A DNA stretch of 64,000 nt from positions 13,454,001 through 13,518,000 of the forward strand of contig OZ059894.1 of the NCBI GenBank assembly GCA_964057225.1, read 5' to 3'. The notes beneath the pieces were generated by a model that saw only the letters and a program-made list of their open reading frames with translations, was not told where the DNA came from and did not search any database. This document shows, piece by piece, positions 25,401 through 39,900 of the stretch. A program made the translations under genes and the position numbers. Numbering within the stretch: position 1 is the stretch's first letter; each line of letters opens with the position of its first letter. The DNA comes from Auanema rhodensis (taxonomy: Eukaryota > Animalia > Nematoda).

Positions 25401-28393
25401 TTATAAAAAAGGAACAACATTAGTTAGAAGACATGCGAATTATCTGAAAGAGAAAAATGTACAAAAGCTTAAAGTAGTTGCCGCTTTATGCTTAAACTTA
25501 ACTTACTTGCGTCACACCTAAGCTGAATCATTTATCTGTTTAGCTAAGAAATGTTGAAAAGAAGAGGAAAAAGGGATAGTATGAGATAGTAAATGATGAA
25601 AAAAAATATATATATATTAACTGAGGGAGAGAAAAAAACAGAGAGTGAGAATAACTTTTCTTATTTCTACTTACAGGAAAAGGTTTGGCTTTCCTTTCAA
25701 TTTAGACCTTATCTTTAGAATGAATCTTTTAAGTTAGTTCCACTATTGAATAGATGTCATCGCAAAAGTTATTGAAGTTAGACGAATTTGAGTAAATAAA
25801 TCAACTAAACCTTTTGGAATCACAAACGACCTTTGTTGTGTTTTGATCAGCTATTTCATGGAAAGCATATACTTATTGCTCAAACAATAAAATTCTTTCA
25901 AAACATGTATATATCGTATCGTATTTTTGATTCTATTATCATAAAAGTAACAACTTTGTCAAGTTTGCTATTGTGTTTTTAATTTCCCAACTACTTCCTT
26001 AAATCTTGGTTCTCTCACTCTTCCTCACATAGTCAGTTTCTTATTATTTTATCTCAAAGTGAAAAAAAAAATAAAATCGATTAATACCGATGACATTTTG
26101 AATATGACGTTGGCAACATACTGTGAAATTAAAGGCTTCCTGCTAAGATCTTTCAATCAAAAACAAATATATGCAGATAAGGAAATAAACTTCAAACTTA
26201 AGAAGATTCAAGTGAAGAAGACGAAAAACATTTCTAACTTGATCATGTGAAAGACAATTTTTTTTAATTGATGACGTTTCTTTCAGGCTGTAATAGCTCG
26301 AAAATCTAAGAGGATTGTGGCGAGTGTCTGAGCGGCTTGAGTTGGCAAGGGCATGCATATGTATGTGCGAGAATTTTTTTTTCGCGTAACCAGTTGAAGG
26401 AAAAAATAGAAAAAAAAAGAAAAATGACTGAGATAAAGGGCTAGAAAACGAGGAACAAAAATGAAAATTGAAGTAAAGAAAAGGATGTCTTGCAATTCTT
26501 CAGAAGTTAACTAATACTTCCAAGCAAACTGTGTTATATATAATACATATACATATGTATGTATACAGCTATAAAGATAGATGTATGTATTGTTATCTAC
26601 ATAAGAAATATAATTTGAATCTATTGACTATAAACTTTGTAAGTAAACAAGACTAAAATAAGTAGATAGCTTGCCATGAAGTTAGGGTAATTCAGTTAAT
26701 TGATGAATGAAACCTATAATTAGAATTGTCTTAAGTGAAGAAACAATTCAGTTATATGTTAGAAATTTGAAAAAATTGTATAGAATTCAAGGATATACCA
26801 GAAACATGATTTAGAAATTATTTTTGATTTAGTTCATTGTTATTTCAAAAATACATAGAACATGAGAGTTCAATATCTGAAGAAGTTGAAAGAAGTACAT
26901 GATAAAGACACATATTATTAAGTGTAAAATATGATTTTAAATAGTTCAAAAAGCATTTTTGAGGATTGAATAGGCAGATAAAGTTTCAAATGAGATTGGT
27001 ATGTTGTTGGAATGAAAAATAAATTGTAACCTGTTTGTATGGGATTGAAACAGGATTGAATATATGAATGATTAGTTCATCAGAAGTTAAGAACAAGCTG
27101 TGGCAACAATTAAAAAGAAAAGGATTACGAAAAAAGAGAAAAGGGATATCAAGGCTTGAAAAACCATTCCATGAGAAGGATAAGCTGATTTTTTATAACA
27201 TGAATAGTCATTTCACGCAGTTAAAGAAGATGATTAGAAAGCGAAAAACGATGCTATTAGAGGTGTGCTTAACAGTACAACGATCAAATTAATTATAGAT
27301 TACTTAATAGAATTTAGGAAGATGAATGCATTGGTATGGAAATCTAATGAAAAAGACGAGAAATCACCATAAACCACATTATGATGTTGTTAATTAATTT
27401 TTCCTGACAGACATCTTGGTTTAATAAAGAATTTTGTTAGTTATCTTAACTTCTTAGTCACAGACAGTGAACGAGTGGCTGACGTTAACGTAGTTCCTCT
27501 CATTTGACTTGTTGTTTGGAAGGGCATCGTATATCAAGAGATAAAGAGGATGAGAGCGAGGAATAGTTAGATAGGAATATAAAGACAGGTAAAAAAATAT
27601 ATAAATGAAGGTTAGAAAGAAAAAGAAATAAAAGAGAAAAAAAATTATATATTTTATTTAAAGAGAGAGAAAGAGGGAGGTATAACCAAGACACAGAATA
27701 ATGTGTTCAAAAGTAATGAAGATGGAATTTCACTTGGAAAGAGGGAGCTTATCATCTGAGTATGCTGTGGACATATGAGACGAAACAACAGTTACATGAA
27801 GATCACAAGATTTTTTCCAACGTTGTATAACTTTTCAATCAGAATCATCTTGGTCTTTTTTTATTTAAAAAAACATATAAATTAAACTTTTTGAATATTG
27901 TATTTCTGCGAGAAAATAAGAAAAAAAGAAGCAAAAACACAAACTTTTTTATTATTTTTTTCTTCAAAAATTAATATCAGGGGTGATGAAGAATAACTCT
28001 TTGTTTTTTTTCAATTTAACTTAAAGGCTAACGGAAAGAAAGATGATTCATTGTAGCTGATTTCATCACGCGATGACACTGTGAATTTTCTTTGAAAAGA
28101 ATTTATACAGGATGGGAAAAGAATAAGATAAAAGGAAAATGTATACATTTCTGATTAAAATACCGAAGTAAGATTTACATATAGTAAATAATACAGTGAA
28201 TATAATAGTATATACAAGTATGATCAAAGATGAATTGCACAGTGAAGATGTACTATACCAATGTACTGTAATCCTTATTTCAGTTGAAACAAAGAAAATA
28301 ACAATTATTACTAACTTCTTCTTTTTTCGCCTTTTTCTCTTTTCTTTCTTCCTCACACGTATTCTTTATCTATATTTTTACTATTACTCACAT

Positions 28394-28481
28394 TCTCTCT
28401 CTCTCTCTCTTTCTCCTGTAGCCCTCTCTCTCTCTTTCTCGTGTTTCCCCTTCCCCCCCCCCTCTCTCTCTCTCTCTCTTT
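28394..28481. repeat. (CT)n / poly-C pyrimidine tract
   Basis: tctctctc runs flanking a C run. Confidence 0.9.
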
Positions 28482-30486
28482 CTTCCACGTACACATAATA
28501 TAGATGCTTGCATTTTGAAGATCGTTTTCTTACAAGAAAGTGAGGACAATGTATCAAATACAAAATGTAAAATAATTTTCGTAATATATACTCTTTTTCA
28601 GAAGATCAGGGAACTTTTTCCTTTTTGAAGGATTAGAAAAAAACATAGAATTTCAACATGCTGTGTGCCATTCGTACATGATCCCGGAAATTTTTTTATC
28701 ATAAAGCTTGTTTATCGAAGTCTTCTGACAATATCGTTCTACTGCTTTTCTCATTCACTTTCATTTGGACACTGATAACCTGTTTTAACAAAAAAATTAT
28801 TTCAAAAGTCATTGGTGGCAGCTAATATGACAATCCGATTGAAGATTCTTGTAATGCGATCAAAACTTTCGCGAAGTGCTTAATAATTTATGAATTCCTT
28901 TTTTATTACAATATGATAAAAACCATTAACTGTAGGTAAAGTATATATGAAATTAACAAATACAATAAATTAATATTTTCTTTAAAACTAGTTCAGACCG
29001 TGTTTTGATTTCTTGGGTAAGACTAACGGCAACCTGACAAAGATTTCTTATCCAGCACCTCATCACAGCAAACTATTACGTGAAATATCGATTAGCAAAC
29101 TGCCATTTTTTCATTTGTCATTATTTGTAAATGGTTGCATTTATTTAAAAACCTATATTTCAGGATTGTTTTCATTAAAACGATTATTCTAATCGTTATA
29201 ACTTATTTAATTCTTGTTTTAATTGTTGTTATTTAACAAAATAATTGTTAAAAATGTATAGACTTGTCTTGACATGTAGTTTTTACTTTACTTTATTTTC
29301 TCACTACATTTTTCAAGATATTCTCGAATGTCAGCTGGTATTTTCTATTTTTTGTTGTACTTATCTTTAATATCGATTTCAAATGCTATATTGAACATTT
29401 GAATTATTTTACTTTTTTTCAATCATAATTCAGAACTATGATTCTTAATTTTTAGTAATTGAATAAACGTTTTGTCCATATATAATTGAAAATGCATGAT
29501 AGAATACTTAATCTTTCATGAAGTATATATTTCAAATGTTAAAGCTTTTTTACACTAAGTGCTATACTAAAAGTTTTTGTTATATTATGTTCATGCATAT
29601 TGACATCAATATATTTAATTGTTTAGTGATCCCCATTAACTTATTATTAGATATTTCTCCTTTAAATTTCATTTTATGAAACACTTATATTTATTTTGCC
29701 GAATTGCTTATCTTTAATGTCAAATGTGGTACTATGTTTGAAGTGTAAACTAAATATATGTATCTCCTATCGGCAATTAGACTCGTTTCAATTTTTTTCC
29801 AAGGTAAATATGTGTTCATGTTCCTTTATTCGTCTCTTTATCAAGCCTTTGGCAATACTTTAACTTATTTCCAACAAAACTTTTTATCAGTAATAGTAAT
29901 TTCACATTATTTATACATTCTTATTACTAGTAAAATCAATTTTTAACCACATGATTATGAATTATATGTTACATATAGCTAGTATTATTATAAAATATTT
30001 GATTTATATATATAAGCTGGATTAAGAGGTTGTATAAGTTGCTTTGTTCAATTTTTTCTAATATTTCTGTAGATTTGATGTTTTGTACTTGTTTTTAGCA
30101 AACAAAACAATAATTTTCAGATAAAAAACTATTCAAATTTTATAATTTTTTGTTCTTTGTTTTGGCCATTTTACTGTAAACTTTGCTCTTTTACATTATT
30201 GATAGAGGTTTTGAAGATCGAAATTTTGTTTCAATATTACTTTTTATCTTCATATCTTTTTGATGTTTTAATGATAGTTTAAATGTCCATTCATGAGTTT
30301 TAATTTTATATTCATTTAATATACATTTTGTCTGAAAAACCTTTTAAATTGAAATCATAAAAATATATTTTACTATTCGAATCAAAAATTACTTCCTTAT
30401 TCATAAATTTTTTTAATTACAGTACTATATATACTGATAGCATGGCTTAGATTAATATTTTCATTTTTCTGTTTTAGACAAGAATC

Positions 30487-32864
30487 ATGACTGATTCGTC
30501 ACACGCTGGAACTTTGGATTATGACGTCATTATTGCCGGTGCCGGCTTAGCTGGTTTAACTGCTGCTAGGGAACTTCGATCACGCTATCCAGATCTTCGA
30601 GTATGCAATGTTGTTTGAATATCTATGTTTATCATATTTGATTCTATAATTGTATTCATTTAATTATATTATAGATTTTGGTAGTAGAAGCTAAAGATAG
30701 AGTTGGTGGTAGAACACTTACTGTACCTATGAAAGGATCACGTAATAGAACTGAATACTTTGATCTGGGTGGTATAACTTTTCTCTTTGTTTGATTTAAT
30801 TGGATTACTGAAGGGCAGTGGGTCGGTCTCACACAAAAACATATTTGTGATCTAATGGACGATTTTGGGTTCGAAAAGTATCCACAATACACAGAAGGAT
30901 TAAGACAATCCCAAATTGGATGCTCTACAATTCGTAAATATAATACAGTTCTGCCATTAAAAAGTATTGGGTTAGCATTAAATTACCATTAGCCTGTATA
31001 ATGTTAAATTTTTATAGAGCCTTTTCTTTAAAAGAAATCATTGACTTATCTTTTAGTCTGTTCAAGTTGGAAAGCCTCATCAAAAAAGTATTCAATTTAC
31101 TAAAAAAAAAAGAAAATTAAATTTAAATTTAAGGTTAATTTACAAAACTTATTTGCTTGGAAAGAAGCTGAAAAATATGATGAAATGACATTATCTAAAT
31201 GGTCTAGAGAAAATTGTTGGTCTAGAACTACATGTGACGCTTTGGATATTATTTCACGAACAATTTATGGTGTCGATTCAAATAGGTTTCTAAAAAATTG
31301 TTTCATCTCACATTTTTTTTTGTCAGGATTAATATGCTTCATCATTTGGCTTACTGTAAATCAGCTGGCAATATTCATGATTTGCTTGAAGATATGGGCA
31401 ATGGTGCACAGGCTTTTCGAGTTAAGGTATAGTTTGGTATGATACTCAATTAGCTCCTAGAACAATATCTTAAGGGTGGCACCCAGCAGTTTAGCAAGAA
31501 ATTAGCAGAAACTGTAGGAATTGACAATATCCAGCTTAATCAAGCGGTTAAAAATATTGAAATCTTCGAGAATACTGGGACAACAGAAGTCATATTAATG
31601 AGCACAGATGGAAAAAAAACTATGAAGGTTTGTTAAATATTCTTGCACTTCTAAGATATTTTTTTTTAGAAGTTGAGATGCTCAAGAATGATTTTGGCTA
31701 TTCCTCCTAATGAATGTCACAAAATTGAATTCACACCGAAACTTCCTAATCTAAAGGTAATTGTAGTTATATTTGAATTAGCAGCTAGAGTTTTATCAAT
31801 TTATAGAAAAAGTTGTATGAATCGATGACTCCAGGCCATTATATTAAGTCTGTAATTACCTACGAATCACCATTCTGGCGTGAGTTAGGACTTTCTGGAG
31901 CAATTATCAGTACAGGGCGAACATCTATTGCCGGAGAGGTTTGTGAGGTGGGATGTAGCTGATAAGTTTTTTTGTATTTTTTAGGTTCTTCCCATACTAA
32001 TGGCATATGATGAAACTACAGAAAATGGTGTTCCAGCTTTAGTAGTATTCATCAATGATCAGTATTCCGGTATAATATTTCATATTTTCTTATTATTTAA
32101 TAATTAATCTATAGATATGACAACTGAAGATAGGTGCAATGTAGTAACTAAAGATCTTATTAGATTTATTGGTGAAAAAGCTATGACAGAATTTATTGAC
32201 TATAAAGAAATGGTTTATAATATATTATATTGAATTAAATTATAATATATAATATAGGTATGGTCTAAAGAACCTTATAATGGTGGCTGTCCTGTAGGTG
32301 TGGTTACAACCGGGGGTATGGAAGCTTGGCAGGCCATACGAGATCCTTTCCATACGTCAGTAATCTCATATCTACTGAATTTATTTATAAATTTTATGTT
32401 TATAGTGTTCACTTTGCTGGTACTGAAACAGCGTTTTCTTGGATGGGATATATGAATGGAGCTGTAGAAAGTGGCTTACGTGCTGCTCATGAGGTTTTAC
32501 ACGAATTGGAGAAATTCGAAAAAGTTTCTTATGCGTATTTGGTATGATCTTCATCAAAATTTCAATTTATTTCAAAAATTATTTGTAGAAAAATACTATG
32601 TATGATTCTGTTTATCGACCACCATTATCTCCTACTAATTCATACGATGAAGCAATATCTCCGTGGTTAGACCAATATATATTTCTCTAATTTATTCGTT
32701 TTTTCTTTTTTTCAAGGTGGAGAAGGATCTTTTTTGCTGGATGTGTTTGCCTAGGGATTCTTGCGTACAGTAAAAAGTATAAACTTTCTCTTTTTGCCAG
32801 AACTGTGAAGCCTGTTGAAAATCGCCTTGTTTTATGGACAACTGGAATCAATTGGCCAACTTAA
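30487..32864 (+). CDS. Flavin-containing amine oxidase (MAO-like) with C-terminal membrane anchor; about 15 exons
   Basis: [15 protein letters not shown]; [12 protein letters not shown]; FDLGGQWVG; [11 protein letters not shown]; [30 protein letters not shown]; hydrophobic tail [17 protein letters not shown]. Confidence 0.92.
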
Positions 32865-35800
32865 ACTTCTTTTCTATTTTTGTTATTATCTTTTTTAGTT
32901 CTCAATTTGTTTATTGTGATTGTCGTGATACACTATAGTTCATATTAGCTTAAAATAATAATTCACCAAAACATTTGCACAGCAAAATTATTTATATGTA
33001 GAGAGAGAGAGAGAGATACTATCTACTTTTTAGTTTAAAATTACAGGTAGCACAATTAAATAAATTTTTAAAAAAATTTCATATTGTGTTGTAAATCACT
33101 GGACACATGCACTTTCTATTTTTTTATATTTCCGACACTATCACTGATTTTTATCCGGAATTACCAAGATTCTTTCACTCATGCTTACATATATAATATA
33201 TCAATCTATGATTTTAAAATATAATTTTTTAGAAAAGTTAATTACAAGCCTGCGGAATTTTATTCGAATCTTCTAGTTGAAGCAACCACTCCAATAGACC
33301 CTGATGATGATGTGCAGAAGTTGATTAGTGAGCAAAAACATCTATTGGAAAAAGGTCTTTCACCTTATTTACGACGAAGGTGTGAGGACCGGATAACGTT
33401 TTTAAAATCGCTTCTAGATATATGAAAAGTATATATAAATCGCATTTAAATGTTTTGAGAGAAAAGTTTGTTTCGTCTCAAGTTTCATAATTTACATTTT
33501 ATAATTTGAGCATTTTCCTGAAAATAAAAACAGTTGAGTAATTCTTAACGAGTCCGCATAATGACCCTTATAAAGATCTTTTATAATAATTGACTTCAAG
33601 AGATTTACCAATGAATATAATTGAAAGTTGAATTGTCTTCATTGAAATTTGTAAATGAAAATTTTCAAGTTGTCTATCCATGGCCATCGTTTGTATTCTA
33701 ACCAATTCCTCTTCTTCCCCTCCTTCTAATCTTTCATTTGACCCTCACAAATCATTTCTACCATGTATTCCTCTCTATCCCTAATACCATCTATAGAAGA
33801 CCAGATTCTTCAAAGTATTCCGATTTTGCCGTGGGAATTATTCAATTCAGCCTATCAATTGTATTTATATGTTCAATCTTCCATTTAAATATACAAACAT
33901 ATGTACATATATATATATATGTATAAGTTATAAATATTGGACAACATTTTACAACTATTATCCTATTTCAGATTAAAAAAGTTTGTTTGTTTACTAATGA
34001 TCATGTTTCCATGATTGGAGCTGATGAATGAAGCTTAATATAACAATAAGAAGTTCATAGAGTGGAAAGAAATGTCAATGATATTGCATTCATTACCATA
34101 TTCAGCTAATAATAGGTCTTATTGACACGTGAATACGTGAAACTGAAACCATTTCACTAGCAGATGCTCAGACAAACGGTTGCTTGTTGCACACTATTTA
34201 CTAACTATTTCGTTAAAGAAGGTGCATAATAATTATTTTATATATTATATTTATTTGTTTATATATGTACTAAACATTTTTTAAATATATATCAGATTTT
34301 TATTTATTCATAATACAAAAAAAATCTCATAGCTACATACATAGTCAGAGGAATCCAAATACAATTTCAATGCCGCTTGAAAAGATTACTGAGATTCTAT
34401 ATTTTGAATCTATTTTAATAGTTCTTATATGTATTTTGCATATAGACAAGTGCGTATTATTAGGGTATATTCTTCGTCTCTCATCATAGCTATTATGAGG
34501 GATAAGCTGTTTTTTCAACTGCAAGTTTTGTATACGACTTTGAATGCAGCATCTATTGTCCAAAAGTTAAAAAAAAGCTGGCCAATTAGCAGGGAGAAAC
34601 TCTCTTTCAATGGTATAGTAGCACTTTAATTATATACAACTTCCAATAATTTTAAGAAAATATGTTAATGATCTTCATGTTTTAAAGCAATTTTCATAGT
34701 TTTTACGACTTTATATGTATCCGGGGCTCATTGACATTGAACTTTTTCTTATATAGTTTTCATGAACCAGAATATAGTGAATAGACCTTTCGATACAATG
34801 AGTCAGTTGAACTAGTATCATTCAAGCCTCTTAAAATCTTCTTATATCATCGTCTGTTATATATTTCTCGAATAAATTTGAGAAACCAATATATCTAAAA
34901 GAGTCTGTAGAGATTAAATGAGGAAAATAGTTTTGAAGACCATATATGGAACATAGTTCACTTCAAAATGTGTCAAGTCAAGTTGCCTAGCTATCCTGTC
35001 AAGTTGAAGCGAACTAACTTCCTAACGTCGTTCATGATCACCGTACTAGTAGTATTTCTCCACTATTTGAAATTTTTAAACTGTATAATGTCGTAGTTGT
35101 CCTCGTTATTCTCTCTTCATATAGTAACAGCCATTTTCTTACTTTTTGAGTTGTCTATCAACCTGTTGTCTGTCGTCAATTTCTAAGTCTTTACCTCATT
35201 GGAAATCTTCGTGGCTAATACCGCCTCCATATATGAATATATGCGTATCTACGTTAAAGTGCTTCGTATCTTTCTTTCTTTTCATTTTACCATTTTAACC
35301 TCTATGTGTCCGAAACATAATTGTTTTCTATTCTTCTATTCTATTTTGAAAACTTGTTCGAACCCATGGTACCTTTATACTAAAACACATGAACTATGAC
35401 GATAATTCAAGATGGTACAGCGGCCTTTATGCAAATTTCTTTACTTAGCATATGGAGAAGTGACCTCATTCATTATGATGATGGGCCTCATCTCAATTTA
35501 CCTCTTACTTTTCCTCTACCTTTGTAATCCCTTTCAGTCTCAAATCTAAGAAGTTGTGATTCTTTTAATGAGATTAACCAATGACAATATTTAAATATTC
35601 TCTATGTTTAAATGAAACCTATCTCAATTTTCTCTTTAAATATCTCTAAAAAGATATTCTCTAAACCATATATTTTCAAAAGCTATTCTTAAGTTGACAA
35701 ACGACTTGCATTACCTAATTATCTTCTCTTCTATTTCCCAATGAAGTACAATGAACATACGATTTCTCGCGCTTCTTGCCAGTCAATGCCATATAGTTCA

Positions 35801-36940
35801 GTCATTATATTCTCATTTATGGCCACTTATGCTCAAATCGGATTCAGTTATCAGAAGTCAAATCTTGAATGTTGCGGCGACAGCGTCAGTAAAGAGGCAT
35901 CAATTCTCTCACATTCGACCATCCCTGAGGCAATGCGCGAACGAGAAAATAAAAAAAAGGAGAGCGAGACTAAGATGTTCTCCCAAATAGCATGTCCTTC
36001 ATTTTTTCTGGTCATTATTTCTCACCTCATCTTGTTCTTCTTCTTCTTCAGTTTTTAGTTTTCATTATAAGTATATGTATATATCCTTATTCAATCGTCA
36101 TTTTTAAACAAAGATTATGCCAAATTGTTTCTTACCTCTTCGACGCTTAAAGTTCATATTGAAGTTTTTATTGGACTAATCTATAGTACTGAACTTGATC
36201 ACCTTTATTTCTAAAGACAAACACTGTCTGTCACAACTAATGTATTTTATGGTGTTCTGTCCACTCTGTCAGTTATGTATGTCGAAATAAGGAAAAATCG
36301 CCGGCCTCAATTGCCGTTCTCCATCATCTTTGTTTTTCTTCTTCAAAGAAGTAATCGAAAATTCAACTTTCTCCTCTTCTAAGTCTTGAATTCAATCTTC
36401 TCACATGTTATCAGTCATTTTTCAAATAAAATTAAACATATTCATCTCCAGGTACGCTATGATTTCTGATGTTTAAAAACCTCAAATCGGGTCATTGAGC
36501 TCTCATTTTTGTCCTCCGTTTAAAGAAAAAGATCTTTTGTTCTCTTTCATTTTCCAATTTCTCTTTGTAAATCTTCATTGTGAGTTTTTTTTTAAACTTT
36601 TTCTATACATATACCTTAATTATATAGAAGTATATGCACTTTATCTTTAATTATCCCACTTAAACTATCAAAGTCTGCGATTTTATTCATATGACATGTC
36701 AATTTATGAATATGATTAGAAGAAGACTATATACGGTTATCGTAAACTGACATCAGTCTGCCCGTCAAAGGCTAACAGCTAACAGATGGTCGAAATCAGA
36801 ACAGCTTGAGCTTCAACTCATGTCACTAGTCTTTCAATTGAATGGAAGCTCTTGTTTTTTATTTCCCGGTTCTAAGCATGTATGTACCGTTTTCTGTTGT
36901 TCACTGAATATATTTGTATTTCTTTCATTTTTTTTTCAGA

Positions 36941-39900
36941 ATGTCTAAGCTATGGGTTATTTTCTTATTGTTACCGATATGTACATTAACAGCTCCAAGT
37001 CAAAGATCTAAATGTGCATTAGAATGCTTCTCAAGATGTATGCAGTCCGGAACGGTATTTTATAATTTTAATTATTAATAACTAAGAACTAAAGAGAAAG
37101 GACAAGTGGATGACAATAAAACTGGAGAGAGACAGAGAGTTGTTACAGAGAGTTTTTCTGATTCTTATCTGAAAATATAGTTCAAGAAGTTCTTCAAATA
37201 TATCTATATATAAAGAAATAATAAAACGATTATTACAATTTTGAAGTATTAAAACTATGTTAAAACGGCATTTCTTTATATAATATATTATTTAAAAACA
37301 TATTGACCTAGATTTATATTGAATTACAAGTTTGACTTTATAAATATTATTTATATTTTCTTGAGATATAATATTATAAATAAAAAAAAATACAATAATA
37401 CATTTATTAAAACAAGTTACATTTAAATTAAAATGAGGAAGCTTGCATATACAAACTTGATACATAAAACTATATTTTAAATTTCAGCCTTCTGCTGTAT
37501 ACTGTAATTGTCCAGTTGAGAAAACACTAAGAAGTTGTAGCTCTGTTGAGCAAAAGCTTTCAAATGGTAAAACCTCTACAATACAACAACATATTTGCTG
37601 TTTCAATTTCAGCCGAACTTCTAGCATCAGTACCTGAAGCAACAACTGAGTATATAGATTCACATACAATTCGTATTCAAATGGATGAACATCCTATAGC
37701 TTTTGCTTATATATTTGAATATTCTACTATCAGTACATATCCAGATGAATGGTATTTTGCTGTAAGATAACCTAATATACTTAATATATTCTATAAAACA
37801 TTCTTTATAGGGTTCGTCAATGAAACCTACTATAACATTCTCTGTTTTGGATCCATGTAGAGATTATCAATTTCGAGTTATTGTCGTTATTAGAAGTACA
37901 AATCCTGAAGAAGAATTTGTTATTTATCGTCCTAGAGCTATTCAAGTGAAACTTCCCCCATTCGCATTAACGACTGACGAGGTTTGTAATGACAAAACGT
38001 TTTCCAACTTACGGATATCCGGTTTTCCCGTCAAGTTTTATTTTTTGTTTTTTTTAGATTATTGTTGAAAATCCAACTGTAAATACTAGTTCAAATATGT
38101 TAAAAGTTTATGTAAGATGGTCATTACCAAGGTAATTAGATTTTTTCGATTATTGATGATTTTCCGAGAACTTTTATTATTTTTAGAGGATATTCTGATG
38201 GTGATATACATGGATATGAGGCACCAGCACTTTATCCAATGCAATGTCGTACACCTGAAGAGGAATTACCACAACCAAAAATTGTTTATTATTTTAAAAT
38301 ATAATATATATTATAAATTATTCAGGAGATTATAAGAGGAGGTGGACGATTGGCTGTTAGTTTGCCCGCCACTGTGTTGGAAGCTCGTTGTCGTCTCTGG
38401 GTCGAGGTCAAAATGCTACCTCGGTTAGTATAATTCGTTTTTTCCCGAAATACTATTTAATTTTTTTTCTTATTGAAATAACAAAATAATTTAAAATTTT
38501 CTTATTTTTCATCAAATTACAGATGTGTGAGATTAGAACCATTTAGTATTCAGAAAAGTGTTGATATAGACTGTGATAAACGCCCTGATATGGAAATTTG
38601 TAGCAGAGGTTATTATATACACAACTATTTCTTTATTCTTACTTATATATTAATTTGTTTAGAAGCAAATCCTGTTTGTACAGAAAAGATCAGCATTTCT
38701 GGTAGTAAAGGTAAACCTCAGTTAACTTGGGAATCTCCAACTGCTAAAGAACCATTATACTATCATGTTCGTTATGGTTTAGCACATTTAAAGGTGAATA
38801 AAACATTCTAAAATCTTCTTTAACAAATATTCAGGGATCTCCACCTTTTACTACTTGGCAGCTTATAAGTAAACGAGATGTCAAAGTTGATGGTGCTGTT
38901 TCAACAATTGATATTGAAATTCCTTTAGATAAAGAATATGGAGTTCAAGTAGTATTTCATTACATTAATAAAATAATTTGTTGTCTTAGGTTTGTGCAAT
39001 TTTATCAAATCGTCGAAAGCGACCAAAATTTGGTGTTGTACCAGTTATAGCATTCCAATGTGATAACTGTAAAAATGGTGATAAATAACTTTTTTTCCAT
39101 CTAATGAGTAGAAAAATTATTTGCAGAAACTGCAGTATGCAAAGCTTGTTATAAACTCGATGTTCCTCCTCTTGGTAGCCGTTGGAATATGACAGCTCTA
39201 GCAACAGCATCAGAAGATGAAGCACCTACTGAGAAGGTAAATTCAATTAAAATTGATGGTTTCATCAATGTAATTGCAGTCTACTCAGCAACAAGCTGTG
39301 TTCCAAATGGAAACTGATCTTATGGTAGCAGCTCCCGCTACAATTCGAAATTTGAGTCAGATAATGTTAGATAAGAAAGTAAGTCAAAATATATAACCTA
39401 TGACACACATCTGAATTCAGATTCCTCAAAAAAGGCCATCATTTGACGATCCTAAGCAACAAACTTCGGTTCTATTGGATTCAGATCCAACTACTGCTTC
39501 AACACTACTCGATACTACAGTTATCTCAACTACAATCCAATCTACAACCGAATTACCAACAAAAATTGAACCAAAGCTACAAATGACAACAACTATAAAA
39601 CCAACTACAGCAATAACAACAACAACAACAACAACTATTACTACTACGTCAATCTCCGTTTCTGACGAAAATATGAAATTAAAACACCAACCAGAATCAC
39701 CTGATAATCTAGTGGAAAAGGAACAAACTGTGAAATCGGAGGAAACAAATACAGAGAGTCCTGAAAAGCAGAAAGAACATTTCGATTTCACCGAAGAGTT
39801 GAAAGAATCTGTTCGTAATCTAGAAGTTGTTCTAGCTGAAGAAATTGGCAAAAACCAGAGGTTCAACTAGAAAACGATTAGAACTATTCATAATTTTCTT

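Noticed and set aside
28701-28722. ATAAAGCTTGTTTATCGAAGTC, similar to mir-79/miR-9-3p
   Set aside because: The upstream sequence cannot pair as a 5p arm.
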